From: Bilabrum cf. latius
Taxonomy: Eukaryota
Reading direction: 5' to 3'
Assembly: GCA_965178125.1 (NCBI GenBank)
Contig: OZ237752.1
Span: 186,001 to 250,000, forward strand
Length of the DNA stretch: 64,000 nt
Positions 11,401-23,700 of this stretch are shown piece by piece. The notes beneath the pieces were generated by a model. It was not told the origin of the DNA and ran no database searches. It was given only the letters and a program-made list of their open reading frames with translations. Every line of letters starts with the position of its first letter. The stretch's first letter is position 1. Made by a program: the position numbers and the translations under genes.

Positions 11401-14198
11401 ATCATGCTGCACATGGCGCACGTCTCACGGAACCGCTGCTGCCTCCGATACTGCGCCAGCAGGTTCCGCAGAAGCCGGGTCCACACCTCAATCGGCTCGG
11501 CGGGTGCCAGCACCTCGGGGCCCACCTGCAGCCCCAAGCCCCCCAGCTGGGCCAGCAGCTCGGGCCCAGACCGAACCATCCCGTACGCGAACGCGTCCAC
11601 AAAGAACGTTCGCCCGGTTCCCTCCCGACGGCAGGCCACAAGACCGTCGCGGGCGCTGCCCCCCACCGGGAATATGCCCAGGCGAGAACCTCCTTCGTCG
11701 TCGTCATCTTCATCTTCCTCTCCCACGTCCTAGTCGCCACCTGCAGCCTGATGAGCCCGCTCTGCCCGGCCACTACCCGGCACTGCTCTGTCGCTGTCGC
11801 CGCTGCTGCCTCCAGCCCTTGCCCCGGCCAGTGCCCTGCCCAGCTGCTCTGTCTGCACCCTCTGCCTCTGCCTCTGCCTCTGCCTCTGCCTCGACCTTTC
11901 CCTGCTCCTCTCAATGTCGCTGGCACTGAGGCTGAGGCTGCCCGCGCTCGATGTGGACGACACGCGACCGCCGGGGCCCCACCTGGCCCCGCTGCCCTGT
12001 GACGAGTGATGCCTCCTTAGGTGCTGCTCTTCCTCGTCCTCATACTCATGCGCCGATGCGATCTGCCCGGACATCGGCCCCCCCTCCTCCCCTTCTTCCT
12101 CCTCGTCCTCGTCCACATCTGCATCCACAGAGGAGCCCTCCATCCTGCCACCGCTCGACGAGCCCGAGTCCTCGCTCGCCATCTGGCTGCCGCTGCCACC
12201 CCTGAGACTGGCTGGAGCATGCAAGCCGCTGGCACCGACCGGACGCACGCCCGCAGACGGAGACTCATTGCTTCCTTCTCTTACGGTTTGCAGCGCACGC
12301 GCGTTGCTCTCCCCCCCTTGCCCTTGCCCTTGCCTTCCGACGGCTACAGTCTCAGTCACAGCAAATCCATCGCATGAATTACGCTGCGCAAGGCGCCTCC
12401 ACCACCCAGCCGGCAGCGAGGGAGGGTCGGGGGCTGGTGCCCCCTCCGGTGCGTCGTACCGCAGCAAGAAATGCGCCGGCATGCCAACGCAACGAAGGCC
12501 CCTGAGCCCCGCCCGCTCGCACACGGCCCTGTACAGGATAGACATCGCGATGGGGAGGCCTCCCCGCTGCCTCAAAACCTCGCTGGCAAACGAATTCCTG
12601 TCCTCGTAGTACCGCTCCTGGGGGGGAGGCGCGAACCCGAGCTCCCTGAAGAGGTACCGGTTCGCCACTAGAATCGCGTCTCCGGCACGCTCCGGACGGA
12701 CTGTGGGGGAAGTTTCCAGCAGCCTTTCCAATTCGAGGTCGGCGTCGGTCTCTGGAGCGTCGGTGTGGCGCCATCCCCGGCCGCCACTGAAGCTCCAACT
12801 GCCCGGCGCACCCGCAGCAGATGCTGATGCCGCCCTGCCTGCAGCCTGAGCCGTTGCTGCGCCGCTCTCAACAAATTCGTTGGGCGATTCGCAGTCCTGA
12901 CTGCCAGTGGATCCGACTTCAGGGCTGTGGGCAGAGTCGTTCCGGCTGGCGGCCGAAGAGCTCGCCGGGTCACCACCCGCAGCTCGAGGGCTGCGAGGCG
13001 CTGCCGATGGCGGCCGGTCGCTCCCGCTCCTGCTCGCTCGGAGCCCTGTGCGACCGGCATCGTCTATAACGGATGGTTCCATGGTTTGTGTTGCGTTGTC
13101 GCCGGTGGTCCTGCTGCTTCTGCCGTCCCACGCGCCTCCCGACGATCCCGGTGCCAAGCGCGGTGCTCCTCGGGGCGGGCCAACCATGACTCTATCTCTG
13201 CCAGAGCGACGGCGCTTCCGTCCTGCCAGAGAGGCGCGTCGCATGGCAAATTCCAGCATAGAAAGCGGGGACGACGACAGACTGCTGGTTGGAAGGCGAG
13301 CAGTTGCACCGGCAGCGGTTTCGGCCGGTGCTCGGCTCCAGTCCTCGAGGGCGCCGCTTCTGGAATTCATGGCGACTCGCGCGTTCGACTTACGTGAGGT
13401 ACCATTTCTGGTTTGAGTCAGCCTGGAGCCAGAGCTCGCGGCGGTAAGCGCATTGTACTCCTCGAGCAGCCCGAACCTCCCCCACAGCAAGTGCAGGCCT
13501 GCAGCAAGCCGAGTGATCTCCGAAACCAGCTCTCGCCGAGTCGTGTACGGGTCGTTCCAAGTCGAAAGGAGAAGAAATCCGTCTACTATGAGATCCTCAG
13601 TGATATTGCCAGCCGATACCGCCGATGGTGGTCGCTATCGGTCGGGGCCGTGGCTCCGATGAGACGTTGCGACAGGTACCTGACTTGTGCGCCGGGCCCT
13701 TGCAGCCAAATCTCTCCACTACCTGCAGCATTTTGCTTCAAAGTGCTATCGTGCGGCCAAAAATGCAAAATATTGGTCGTGCTTCCCCAAAGAAATTGGT
13801 GCCGATGCAATGCGAAGAAGCCTTTCCGTGCCCTCAGCTCCGATACGAGCCAGCTCAAGCTGCACAGAATGAGAAGCCGGAGGAGCAATTGATCGTAGCC
13901 TAACTAGAGCGTCAGTCTGCGCATCTTCCTCCATCCTTTCCCGCACTCTGTCCTTCGCTGCAGAGTGTTCCATTGGAACTACGCGTTCCCATACACTCCA
14001 CGTGGTTACCGCCGCTCCATGCCAGGGCGAAGGGTTCATTGAATATATTTGCTCCCTAATGCTTCGACAAACTGCCTCGCACGATGCAATGGACGGTACA
14101 TCAAGGAAGAACAGCACATGGCGGAAAGCATCGGCATCCGCGCGGCCCAAACCAGCCAGTCCAGAGCGATGCAGGGCTACCTGGTCATCCGTATCCAT
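8454..14198 (-). CDS. FBXO21: FBXO21-like protein: F-box + transglutaminase-like (SirB1-type) domain + YccV/HspQ-like domain, with long low-complexity inserts (~1914 aa)
   Basis: F-box-like start (FRHVLFFLDVPSIASCEAVCR), then YYEDRNSFASEVLRQRGGLPIAMSILYRAV...VGMPAHFLL and VGRIFRHRKYGYRAVVVGWD...QPFYHALVD...TYVADDN. One frame with 7 TAGs (13746, 13719, 13635, 11730, 10896, 10401, 9339), ending at TGA 8454. Confidence 0.85.
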
Positions 14199-16284
14199 AG
14201 GATGGGATGAAGTAGAGAACTATTAGGCCGATTGCGAACTTTTGTACGAATCAAGCCGTGCAATGCCGTGGGAGGGCCAGCGAACCGCGCTTGACTGGCT
14301 GGAGACGCAACGTCATCGCTCCGAGTCCGACTCCAAGCTCACTCCCTTTGTCCCCCAGGCAGCGTGCACAGTGCTCCTTCCACAGCAGTAGCACATGGAA
14401 GTCGTGCCTCAAGAGGTATTGAAGATGTAGTGCAATGCATACTCTGCGCTTTTTACCTTGCATGTTCACCCATGGGACGGCGGCAAGCGCCATGTGAAGC
14501 CAGCGGCCACTCCATCTACGGCCCAGCGCCACAAGACTTCCCTTCTGACAGCCTGCAAACTTGACCTGCATGATCCGCGAAGCGGCCGGTGCAACTGCAA
14601 TGTAAGGGTTCCATCCATGCCCTGTCTCTGCCACCGGACGCATCCCAATTCGAGCCATACACCCATCAACGAGACGGGGTGCGGCGCGCTCGCCCGCCCG
14701 CCCCAGTGGCCAGCACCACTGCCAGCGATCGAGGCGTTCGCGGGGTGGTCGCTCTCTACCGCGAAATGCGCGCCACAACCATGTTGCAGACCCAAGCTAA
14801 CGCATAAGCAAACCGCGTCTTGAACTTGACTCCTGTCCTAGCCTGTGAGGCTTGTCTCCTCGGAGCCTGTCTGCCGTCACAGTCAATGAGCGAACTATGA
14901 CTGGCACCAATCAAAGCCCTCCCGAGCCTCAAACAGCTGAATACTTGCACTGGATCCGTACAGCGCATGATGTTAAACCACTATTATCAACATGCAACCA
15001 TGGTGCACGGGATGGGCCACACCCGTGCGCTGGTAGGAGGGGCGATATATGAGCGGCTTGACTGGCTCGTGATGGTCAAGCGATGGGCGGCAACAATTCC
15101 CCCATCTGCGAATTGCCCACGCCGCAGAGCCCAGTTAAGGCACAATCATGCCGTGCTGACTAGACACATTTAGCTCAGTTGCGGTATAAAACAGTGCTGC
15201 AGCGCTGGAATCGCCGAAAGCAGCCTGCTCAAGTGCCCTAAGTGTCTGCAATGCCGCCAGTGATGTCTAGCTCTGATGCAATCAAGTCTGCCAACCAACG
15301 CAACGAGCTCCGCTGCTTTCGTTCGCCCGACCAACGGATCATCAAAGCCTTGAATTGACCGAAATATGCATAGGATACGATCGTGCTACCTTGTTTGCAT
15401 CGCCTTTGCCTCACACTTGCCTCGACCGCAAAGAGCTCCTTTGCCGAATATGCCACCGCGTGTGAATCCGAGCATCGCATTTTCAATGCGGCGAGAAAGC
15501 TGCTACCCGTGCTGCGGCACAATGCGCCATCACTATCACTGTGTCACCTCCCAGATGTAGCTGCCTGCCTCGTTCGCCGAGCTCTTCTGCTCGCATGAGT
15601 TGGCACACGTCAGAGACTCCATCGGGGCGGCTATGGCTGTTGACCAAGCTTATACCCATACTTGGGACAGGTGCAATCGAGAGGAAAGCTCTGTTACCGG
15701 ACCCCACAGCGCGGATAGCTATCAATTGGCATCGCTGCTGCTGTTCGGCCAAAGAAGCCTTTTCGAGGTTAGTGTCGTGACGAATCCGTCTAACTATCGT
15801 CGTTGGTGGTGTCTCCCAACATATTCGAATTCGCACCAGCTTTGTAATGTTCTCCAGCGTTGCGATTGCGCTTTGCTGGCCGATATTGAGCGGCGAGGAA
15901 CCATGCGACGAACCCTGCTGATACCACGAATGCACCGTGGCGGGACCACGCTGCTAGTCCCTCAGTTCCGGACAATATTTTAGCCTCCTCATTGAACTTC
16001 GTGTTGCCACTAGGAAGCCCCTCTCTCAACTTACGAACAACCCTGAGGGCCCTGCCTGCGAGAGACGGGATGCCACGACAGCCGGCAAAGAATAGCTTTC
16101 AAGCGTAGCAAATAGTTGTAGAGTACAAACACAATTACACTCACGGGACGGTCTCATCTATATGCGAGCTTCAACTCTGTTGATTCACCGCCTGGCCTGC
16201 GGATTGGTGTTCTGTCAAACCGGAACTCTTATCGCCAACGGCTGGGGAAACCAACTGCACGCCAAGTCGGGCTCAGCGCTCGGA

Positions 16285-17037
16285 ATGGCCGCTATGAATG
16301 CGAAAAATGTAGGCTTCGGCCTCGAAACTGCTCCCGAGTGGAGCGTGTCGGCCCAGAACAGGGACTGGTTGAAGACACTGCGTCCTTGGACTCAGCTTGC
16401 CGGCTTCTAGAAGGGTGGCTATGGAATCCCAGCGGTCATTGATTGGGACATCCGGGTAGCCGCGAATATTCGGTACTTTCTGTCTAATTACTTGGTGATT
16501 GTTTTGGTGGTGCTCGCCTTCAACGTGCTGACACACCCGTGGGTTATACTGGCTTGCTCAGCGGCCGTAGCAGCGCTATTTTATGTATCCACAGAAGTAT
16601 CAAGAAGGAATCTTAGCATCCCAGTCACTGGAATTAAGCTTGGGGCTGGGCACCTCAACCTGGCCATCGTGGCCGTGGTGTCTGTGGTATTGCTAGTGCT
16701 TGTCGGCGAAGTGGTTTTCACCTTCGTCGGAGCGAGCTCATGCGCGGTGGGCCTCCACGCCTTTTTGCGGCAAAGCAGGGAAGCAGAAGCTGCCATGGAA
16801 GCAGTGATGCGCGCCCGCATGGCCCAGCAATAGCGGGACGGCCAATCCGCCGCCGCGAGCGCCCCTCTCGTAGACGACAGCTCGCCGGCTGCCAGTGATA
16901 GTCACACGCCCGCCGATCGCGCGCTGCCAGCAGACAGCGGCAGCGCCCCAGACCGCTCTCCTGCGAGCAGCAAGACAGATGGCACGTACGGGCGGAGACC
17001 GGGCTCGCATGACAGCAGCGGCGAGGCGAATGTGTGA
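16285..17037 (+). CDS. PRA1: PRA1 (prenylated Rab acceptor) family protein (~250 aa)
   Basis: LRPW...P...RVAANIRYFLSNY followed by hydrophobic hairpins and GLHAFLR. The motif spans TAG 16408. A second TAG at 16831 lies in CAG CAA TAG. Ends at TGA 17035. Confidence 0.85.
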
Positions 17038-17230
17038 GTCCATGCATGTTGCGGTGTTCGCTTGGCCCCTGTCGGGCAGCGTAACCATCGTGTTTTAGAG
17101 GCTATCTCTGGAACTGGGGCCACTCTGGTGACGCTGCCTAGTCGAGCTGTTTGCTGCCGATCATATTGCGGGTATTTTCAGCTGTTCACATGACCACTGT
17201 CCATTCATGCATTCGGTGCAACGCTTGGCA

Positions 17231-17247
17231 TCACTGCCTCCCCCCCA

Positions 17248-17285
<38 letters not shown>

Positions 17286-20200
17286 TGAGTGTGCTTGCCA
17301 TTGCCGCCCCCCCTGCCTCCATCGGCCTGTCTCCCGCGCGCCCTCCGACCACCGCGCACCATTTCCTTCCTGCCCGAAGCACCTGCACCCCCGCCGCCCA
17401 CGCCTCTCCTCGCCCCCGCTTGTTCCCTCTGCCTGGCTCGCTGCATCCTCCACCTCCTCTGCTTGGCGATCTGCACCGAGAGGGCTTCGAGCCCGGCCTC
17501 TATCCTCCTCACCAGCTCCTGCCTGAACTCTTCGCACTTGACCGAATCAGGCATGTGCAGCGGGTACCTCTTGGCCAGCCAGGCGTACACGTGGAAGACG
17601 TTAGCGCGGGCCTCCAGCAGGTGCAGCTGCTCGGGGGACACGACGGGCTGATCCACGGGCACGTGCACGTCCAGCGGAATCCGCTCTCCCCTGCACAGCC
17701 GCTCCACGGCCAGCACGAAATACGTCGCCGCTTCCGAGAGTCCCCCCCTCGGGTTCCTCCCCAGAGACACCGGGATGCTAGCCAGCTTGAAGCGCTCCTC
17801 CAGGGTGAGCGTCTTGATGTGGACGAGCATGCGGGAGACCTCGTCTATGCTCCTGTGGGAGCACATAAAGTACAGGTCGTCAAGCCTGCACGCCTCGAGG
17901 AACACGTCAAGCATGGCCCCGATGTCGTTCTGATTCTCGGGCGGGATGTGCCGCGCGAAGAGCTGCAGCTGCAGGGAGGTGGGAAAGATGCCTGCCCTGC
18001 GCATGGGCGGCGTGTCCTGCTGCATGCAGCTGTCCACGTACTGCAGGTCCTTGTCCTGCAGCGCAGTGTAGTACCCCTCCGGCCACTGGCTGCTCTTGCG
18101 GCCCGCTCGTCCAGCGATCTGCTTGACCAGAGCCACGGGCGCGGGCCCCACTTTGACGCCGTCGAACTTGTCCACGGTGGAGAAGACGATCCTCCGGATG
18201 TTGAGATTGAGGCCCATCCCGATCGCATCAGAGGCCACAAGGACGTCGTACCCGCTATCCCTATCGTTGAATAGCTTGGCCTGGGTGCTGCGTGCTTCCG
18301 GGGGCAGAGAGCCGTAGATCACGCAGCACTTGAGGTTGGTGGCCTCCTCGATCTCCTTGCGGATGGCGTATATGTTCTTCCTCGAGAAAGCCACCACGCA
18401 GTCGCCCGCCTTGATCTTGGAGAAATCGTTCCCGATCGCCTTCCTCTCCCTGTGCAAAGGGGAAAGACGCTCGTACCTTCGCACCTCCACCTCGTCCCCG
18501 CACTGCTCGATCAGCTGCGTGACCAGCCCGACCGCAGCGGGGTCCCCGGCTAGGTGCACCTCCGCGGCCTAGATGCCCAGCACCGCCTTGCTCCAGGCCG
18601 CGCCCCGGTCCGGATCAGAGATGAGCTGCATCTCGTCGATCACCGCCACGTCCACCGGCGTGTTGATGTCCGCGAGCTCAACCGTGCACGATGCGTGGTT
18701 CGCGAACGGCTGCGGCCTGCGCTCCTGCCCCGTGACCAGGTTCGTGGGCACCCCGTCCAGGTTGAGCTCCTCGTACACCTCCAGGGCAAGCAGACGGAGG
18801 GGCCCGCAGTAGATGCCGCTGCGGGCCTTCCGCAGCCGCTGCAGTGCGGTGTAGGTCTTGCCGCTGTTAGTGGGGCCCGCGTGTATGATGAACTTGCGGC
18901 GCATGCGGCGGGCGAGGGGGTACCAGTCCACGGGTGACCTCAGGTCGGCAGAGGTGGACAGTCCCTTGGCCAGCTGCACCTGGCGGGGGAAGGCCAGCTG
19001 GGCCGCGGTCGCAACCAGGGGCAGGATGTGTTCCCTGGCCGGCGGGATGACCTGTTCCCTGGTCGCCTTGAGCTCGCTGGGAGTGGTGGTCAGGTCGAGG
19101 CCCGTCAGCTGGGACACTCGGTCGGGTTGGAATTGCTCGTCCAGCAGGAGCCTAAGGGCGTGCTGCCTCCGCTGGGCTGCGGGGGTGCCTCTGGCGGGGA
19201 CCGGGCGGAGCTTGTCGGCGGCCCGCCGCAGCAGGACGGACCAGCTCGCCTCCGTCCCTTGTGGCGCTGGTGCTGGCGCTGGTGCTGGCGCATCTGGTTG
19301 GGCATCCAGGCTGCCTGCTCCAGTGAGCATTTCCCTGGCGCGCGCTTCGTCTTCGTCTTCGTCTTCCCTGTGCGCCTGCTGCGGCGGCCCCTCGCTACCC
19401 CTGGCATTGGCACTGGCACTACTAAGATCTCCCTCCACCGCTTCCTGCTCCTCTTTCAGCCTCTCCTGCTCCTCCCGCGCCTCTGCCGCCGCCGCGTGTA
19501 TCTTTGCCGCTTCGGCGAGCACGGCAATGGGCGCGCCCGCCCTGTCGCTGACAGCCTGCCACTGGGTCTCCTGCTCGAGGACCTCTTCCTCGCTCAGGTT
19601 CACTGCATGGGGGTTCCGCTTGAAGGCGGTTGCAACCTCTGTGAGCCGCGGCAGGAGGTTCCGCAGGGCATCGTCGGAGAGGCCGAGCAGCTGCTTGAGG
19701 GGAACTGCAGTGGCCTAGGGCATCCATGAGCTGTCTGCGGGCCCGGAGGGACCAACCGGATCGTTGTCTATCCTATTTGTGGTGGATGCCGTCGACGGGG
19801 AGTCGTCCTCGTGTGAGGAGGCTGCTTCGGCTGCCGCGCTCGCCTGCTCGCATGGAGCGGCCGAATCTGGAGCGGCCGCATCGGACTCTTCGCGAGGGTC
19901 AGTGGCTGGTGGCGCCCGCTCGGCTTCTTTCTGTTTGATCGATATTCCTGACCCTTTGCTTCCCAAGACGAGCACGTCATTCAGGGCTTCGATGGCTCGG
20001 TTGAGCAGCCTCTCTCCCATGCAATACTCGTTCTTCGCGACCAAACGAAGGTCTGGGCTGCGCCCACATAGCACGGTGGCTAAATATACTATCCCTGCGT
20101 ATCAAAAACTTGCACAAGCGTACGAACTACATTCCAACGCAACCGAATGAAGCCGCGAATGCAACGACACGAACGAAACTTACTGTGGTACTCTTTCGGG

Positions 20201-20583
20201 ACGACCAGGGCAGATTCGGATAACCCACCATTACTCCTTGCTTTTGGAATTCGAATTCGACCAGGTTTATCGGGTGATACCGCTACACGAGGTCGCTTTG
20301 CGCCGCGCCTCTTCACGTGGGAGAACTCCAAGAGATCATCTGCCGGCTGCTTGGTTTTCTTAGCCATGTAAATCCTACGGGATGGTATGGCTGGCGTTGA
20401 ACCAAAGTTTTGACACGTGTGCCCAACAATTTGACCCGATAGTCGGCCCGAAAGAGCCCCAACGGGCGACCTTCGAAATGCAGAGCAGTTGCACAGCCCG
20501 AACGGGGCCGTGCCTCCCGCCAACCGACGGACGTCCAGACTTCGTCTGGCCACAGCTCGAAAACTAGACATATTAAACACCAA
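17231..20583 (-). CDS. SUV3: Mitochondrial ATP-dependent RNA helicase SUV3 (~1087 aa, intron 20095-20183)
   Basis: HAGPTNSGKT, YCGPLRLLALEV, VIDEMQ, YGSLPPE, VASDAIGMGLNLNIRR and QIAGRAGR, plus an Arg/Ser-rich presequence-like N-terminus. A GTAAGT...CGCAG intron restores the frame. TAG at 19715 and 18569. Ends at TGA after a poly-Q tract. Confidence 0.93.
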
Positions 20584-20733
20584 ATTGACTCATGATACCC
20601 TGGTCTGTTCCATGCAGCCAAGCTTACGATGTTGCGACCGTGCGCTTGCGTTGCGAACACCAAATAATCGAACGTTCCTCCCGAGTAAAACGGACAGCAG
20701 CACAAAAATACTGCCTACAGCGGGCCAACAGCG

Positions 20734-23700
20734 ATGGGCAGCTTGCTTGCAACTCAGAGTGGCCTTGCTGTTGACATAGAAGCGCGGGGGCGCGTGCGGG
20801 AGTATCGAGACGTTTCTTTACGCCAGATTCGGGAGGCCGTCCGACGTACACTGGAAACGCTTCCAAATAGCAGGGTTGACATCGACGATTTTCAAGAGGT
20901 ATTCTCTTGTTGTTTTGCCGATCCTATCAAGTAGTTTAGACTGTACGACAAGCAGCAAGTGGGAAGCATCGATGCGATCGAGGTCATCAGTGCGATGCTA
21001 GCTGTTATGCCCGAGTCCGAGTGCCCGCCCTCATCGCGTGCCGAGATTTTGTTCACTCTGGCAACGCACAGACCAGTAGGGTCTTTTGTTGGCTTTATCA
21101 GAACAGCCAAGCAGCTCGCGAGGCTGCAGCTGCAGGAGGAGGAAGATGAGCGCAAAGCCAGGGCCAGTCAGCAGGTGCGCCAGATCGCCGGCATCTTCGC
21201 TTCCCCGGCACTGCCCGCAGGCAGCAGCCCCCGTTCTTCCCAGCAAGGCAGTAATCAGCCAGTGCTGCTGCAGGCACCCCCGTCGGTCCCCGGGACGCCC
21301 AGCACCACCACTGCGGGCACGCCGGGGGCCGGAGGTAGGATCCGCAGGAAGAGGGCCCACCGGCCGAGCGTGGCCCGGGAAATGCTGCGGCTGCGCGGCG
21401 ACCAGCTGCGCAAGGAGCTGGAGGCGCAGGGGCAGCTGTCTCCCGTGGGCAGCACCGCCAGCCGTGGACTGGGAAGGACCACGCCGAGGAGCCCTGGTGC
21501 TGGTGCTGGTGCTGGTGCTGGTGCTGGTGCTGGGGAAGGGGCAAGTGGTGAGAGCAAGAGCAAGGGCAAGGGCAAGGGCAAGGGCCAGCAGGGAGGGCGG
21601 CGGTTCATGTTCGAGGACGGTGAAACGGGGACCAGTCGCAGGGGGCAGGGCGGTGGTCCTAGTCCTAGCACACCCGTGCACCGCCGCAGCAAGGAGGAGT
21701 TCAACCGCGTGCACGAGGCGAGCCATCAGCTGGCGCAGCGGGCTCTGGACGAATTCAGGGCGCACGAGGCCAGAGCAGCCGCTTACTACCAGCAGGGGGC
21801 GGGGGCCCTGTCCCCTAATGGGGAACAAGGGGAGCAAGGCCGCGTGCTGGCTGCCTTGCGTGCCAGCAGCCAAGCGGGAGGAGCCATGGGGCATTTAGGC
21901 AGGGCGGGGCAGGTGGCTGTGACCGCGCACGTGGACGGGCGCAAGCTGCTGTACGTGGTACAGTGCGTGCTGCAAGGGCTGCACGTGGCGTTTGGCGTAC
22001 CCGTGCCGCCGTTGGATGTGTGCCAGGAGATCGCCGCGGCGGTGTTGGAGCGCCGCCCCGACGAGCAGGCAGTGCTGAAGGAGGAAGCAGACCTGAGAGA
22101 GGACGACCAGATGAAGGAGGTGCTGGCGGCTGCTGCGGCGGACCAACAAGCCGAGGCACAGAGGGGGAGGAGGCATCGCCGGAGATCCAGCGCGGGGAGT
22201 GTGACGATCGCGGCGGGTGATGGGGGCACCACCACAGGCTCTGGCCACTCCCAGCACCAGCACCAGCACCAGCACCGGGGCGGCAGAAGGGGCAGCGCAA
22301 GTGGCACCCGGAGGAGCTCCAGCGTCCGATCGGATAGGGGCGGCAAGAATTCAGGCAAGCGCAGTAGTACCGGCAGTAGCAGCAGCTTGACCGCTGCCAC
22401 CGGAATGCAGGGCGCGAGGGGCAGCGGGCGACGGCGGTCCAGTGCTGCACAGGCCCTTGCCGCCCCTAGAGACCCGGCACACGAGGTTCTGCGGCGCAGC
22501 AAGCTATCATTGGATCGCCTGCGGGACTTTCTCCAGTCGGATCCGGGGTATACCCAGGCCATGCGCCGGCTGCTGCAGCGCGTGCACGATCAGCTGGGCA
22601 GGACCATTGCGCTGGACGAGGTCTTCAAGGGCGGCAAGCTATTCAAAGACGACCCCGCGCAGGCAGCCGTCGGGGCGCGCGTGGAAGCTGCACTGACGGG
22701 CGCCGCGCACCTCCGTTGGCTCGACCGCCGACAGGACCCGCTGCTGGACGTGCCGGTCGTTGTTCTGACCCGCGCCACACCTCTGGACGGGGGCCCCGCC
22801 TCGGCACGCAGGCCCCCCTTGCACGTGAAATCCACGGACTCTGTTCTCTGGGCCCTGAAGGTGATGCGGAGGAGGGCGTTGGAGGACGCGGCTCGCTCCG
22901 TGTCTCACAGCGCGGCCTCTCTGCACGGCCAGTTCCCCGACGGCATGGGCGAGGGTGTTGATCTTAGACTGGAGAGCGTGTTCCTCAGGCCGGGGGCGCC
23001 CCCGCCGCCGAGCCACCTCGTGTACGGCGGCAGCAAGGCCACTGACAGCTCGGAGGAGGAGGACGAAGACGGCGGCATACTCAGCAAGGACAAGGGGAAG
23101 GGCAAGGGGAAGGGCAAGGGCAAGGGCAAGGGCAAGGGCAAGGGCGGGCCTGGCTCGAACTCTCCCACGAGGGGAAGGAAGGGTGACAAGGGCAGGGTAG
23201 CGTCGTCCAAGAGCCCGACTCGGCTGCAGCAGAAGCAGAGGCAGGCGTAGAAGGTGATGGTACACCCGGAAACGGGCCAGCCGATGGGGATAGGGCGGTA
23301 CCTGCTGGAGCACGCGGTGCCTGCGCATGGTGCCGGCATTGATGCTGCGGTGCGATGTGACCATCCAATGTACGCCGGCGGTGGTGGGGGTGTCGCGGGG
23401 GATGACGAGGACAGCGACGGAGAGATGGGAGGCGGGAAAGGGAGCGACGGCGAGGAGATGGGAGGCGGGCTCACCTCTGTGTCTAGGGCTGGCTCCAGGC
23501 GGCCCTTCAGCAAGGCATCCAGTAAGGGGTCTGTTCCTGCGAGCCACGACTCATTCCGGGGTGGAGAGGGCGAGGGCTTTAGCCCCCGCGGCCACGTGCC
23601 TTTCCAGTCCCTCATGCACTCGCTGCAGTCAGTCAGCCGGCGCAACCTAGACGTGGACAAGGAGGCCGACAGGCAGGGCCGCGACATCGACCCGACAAGC

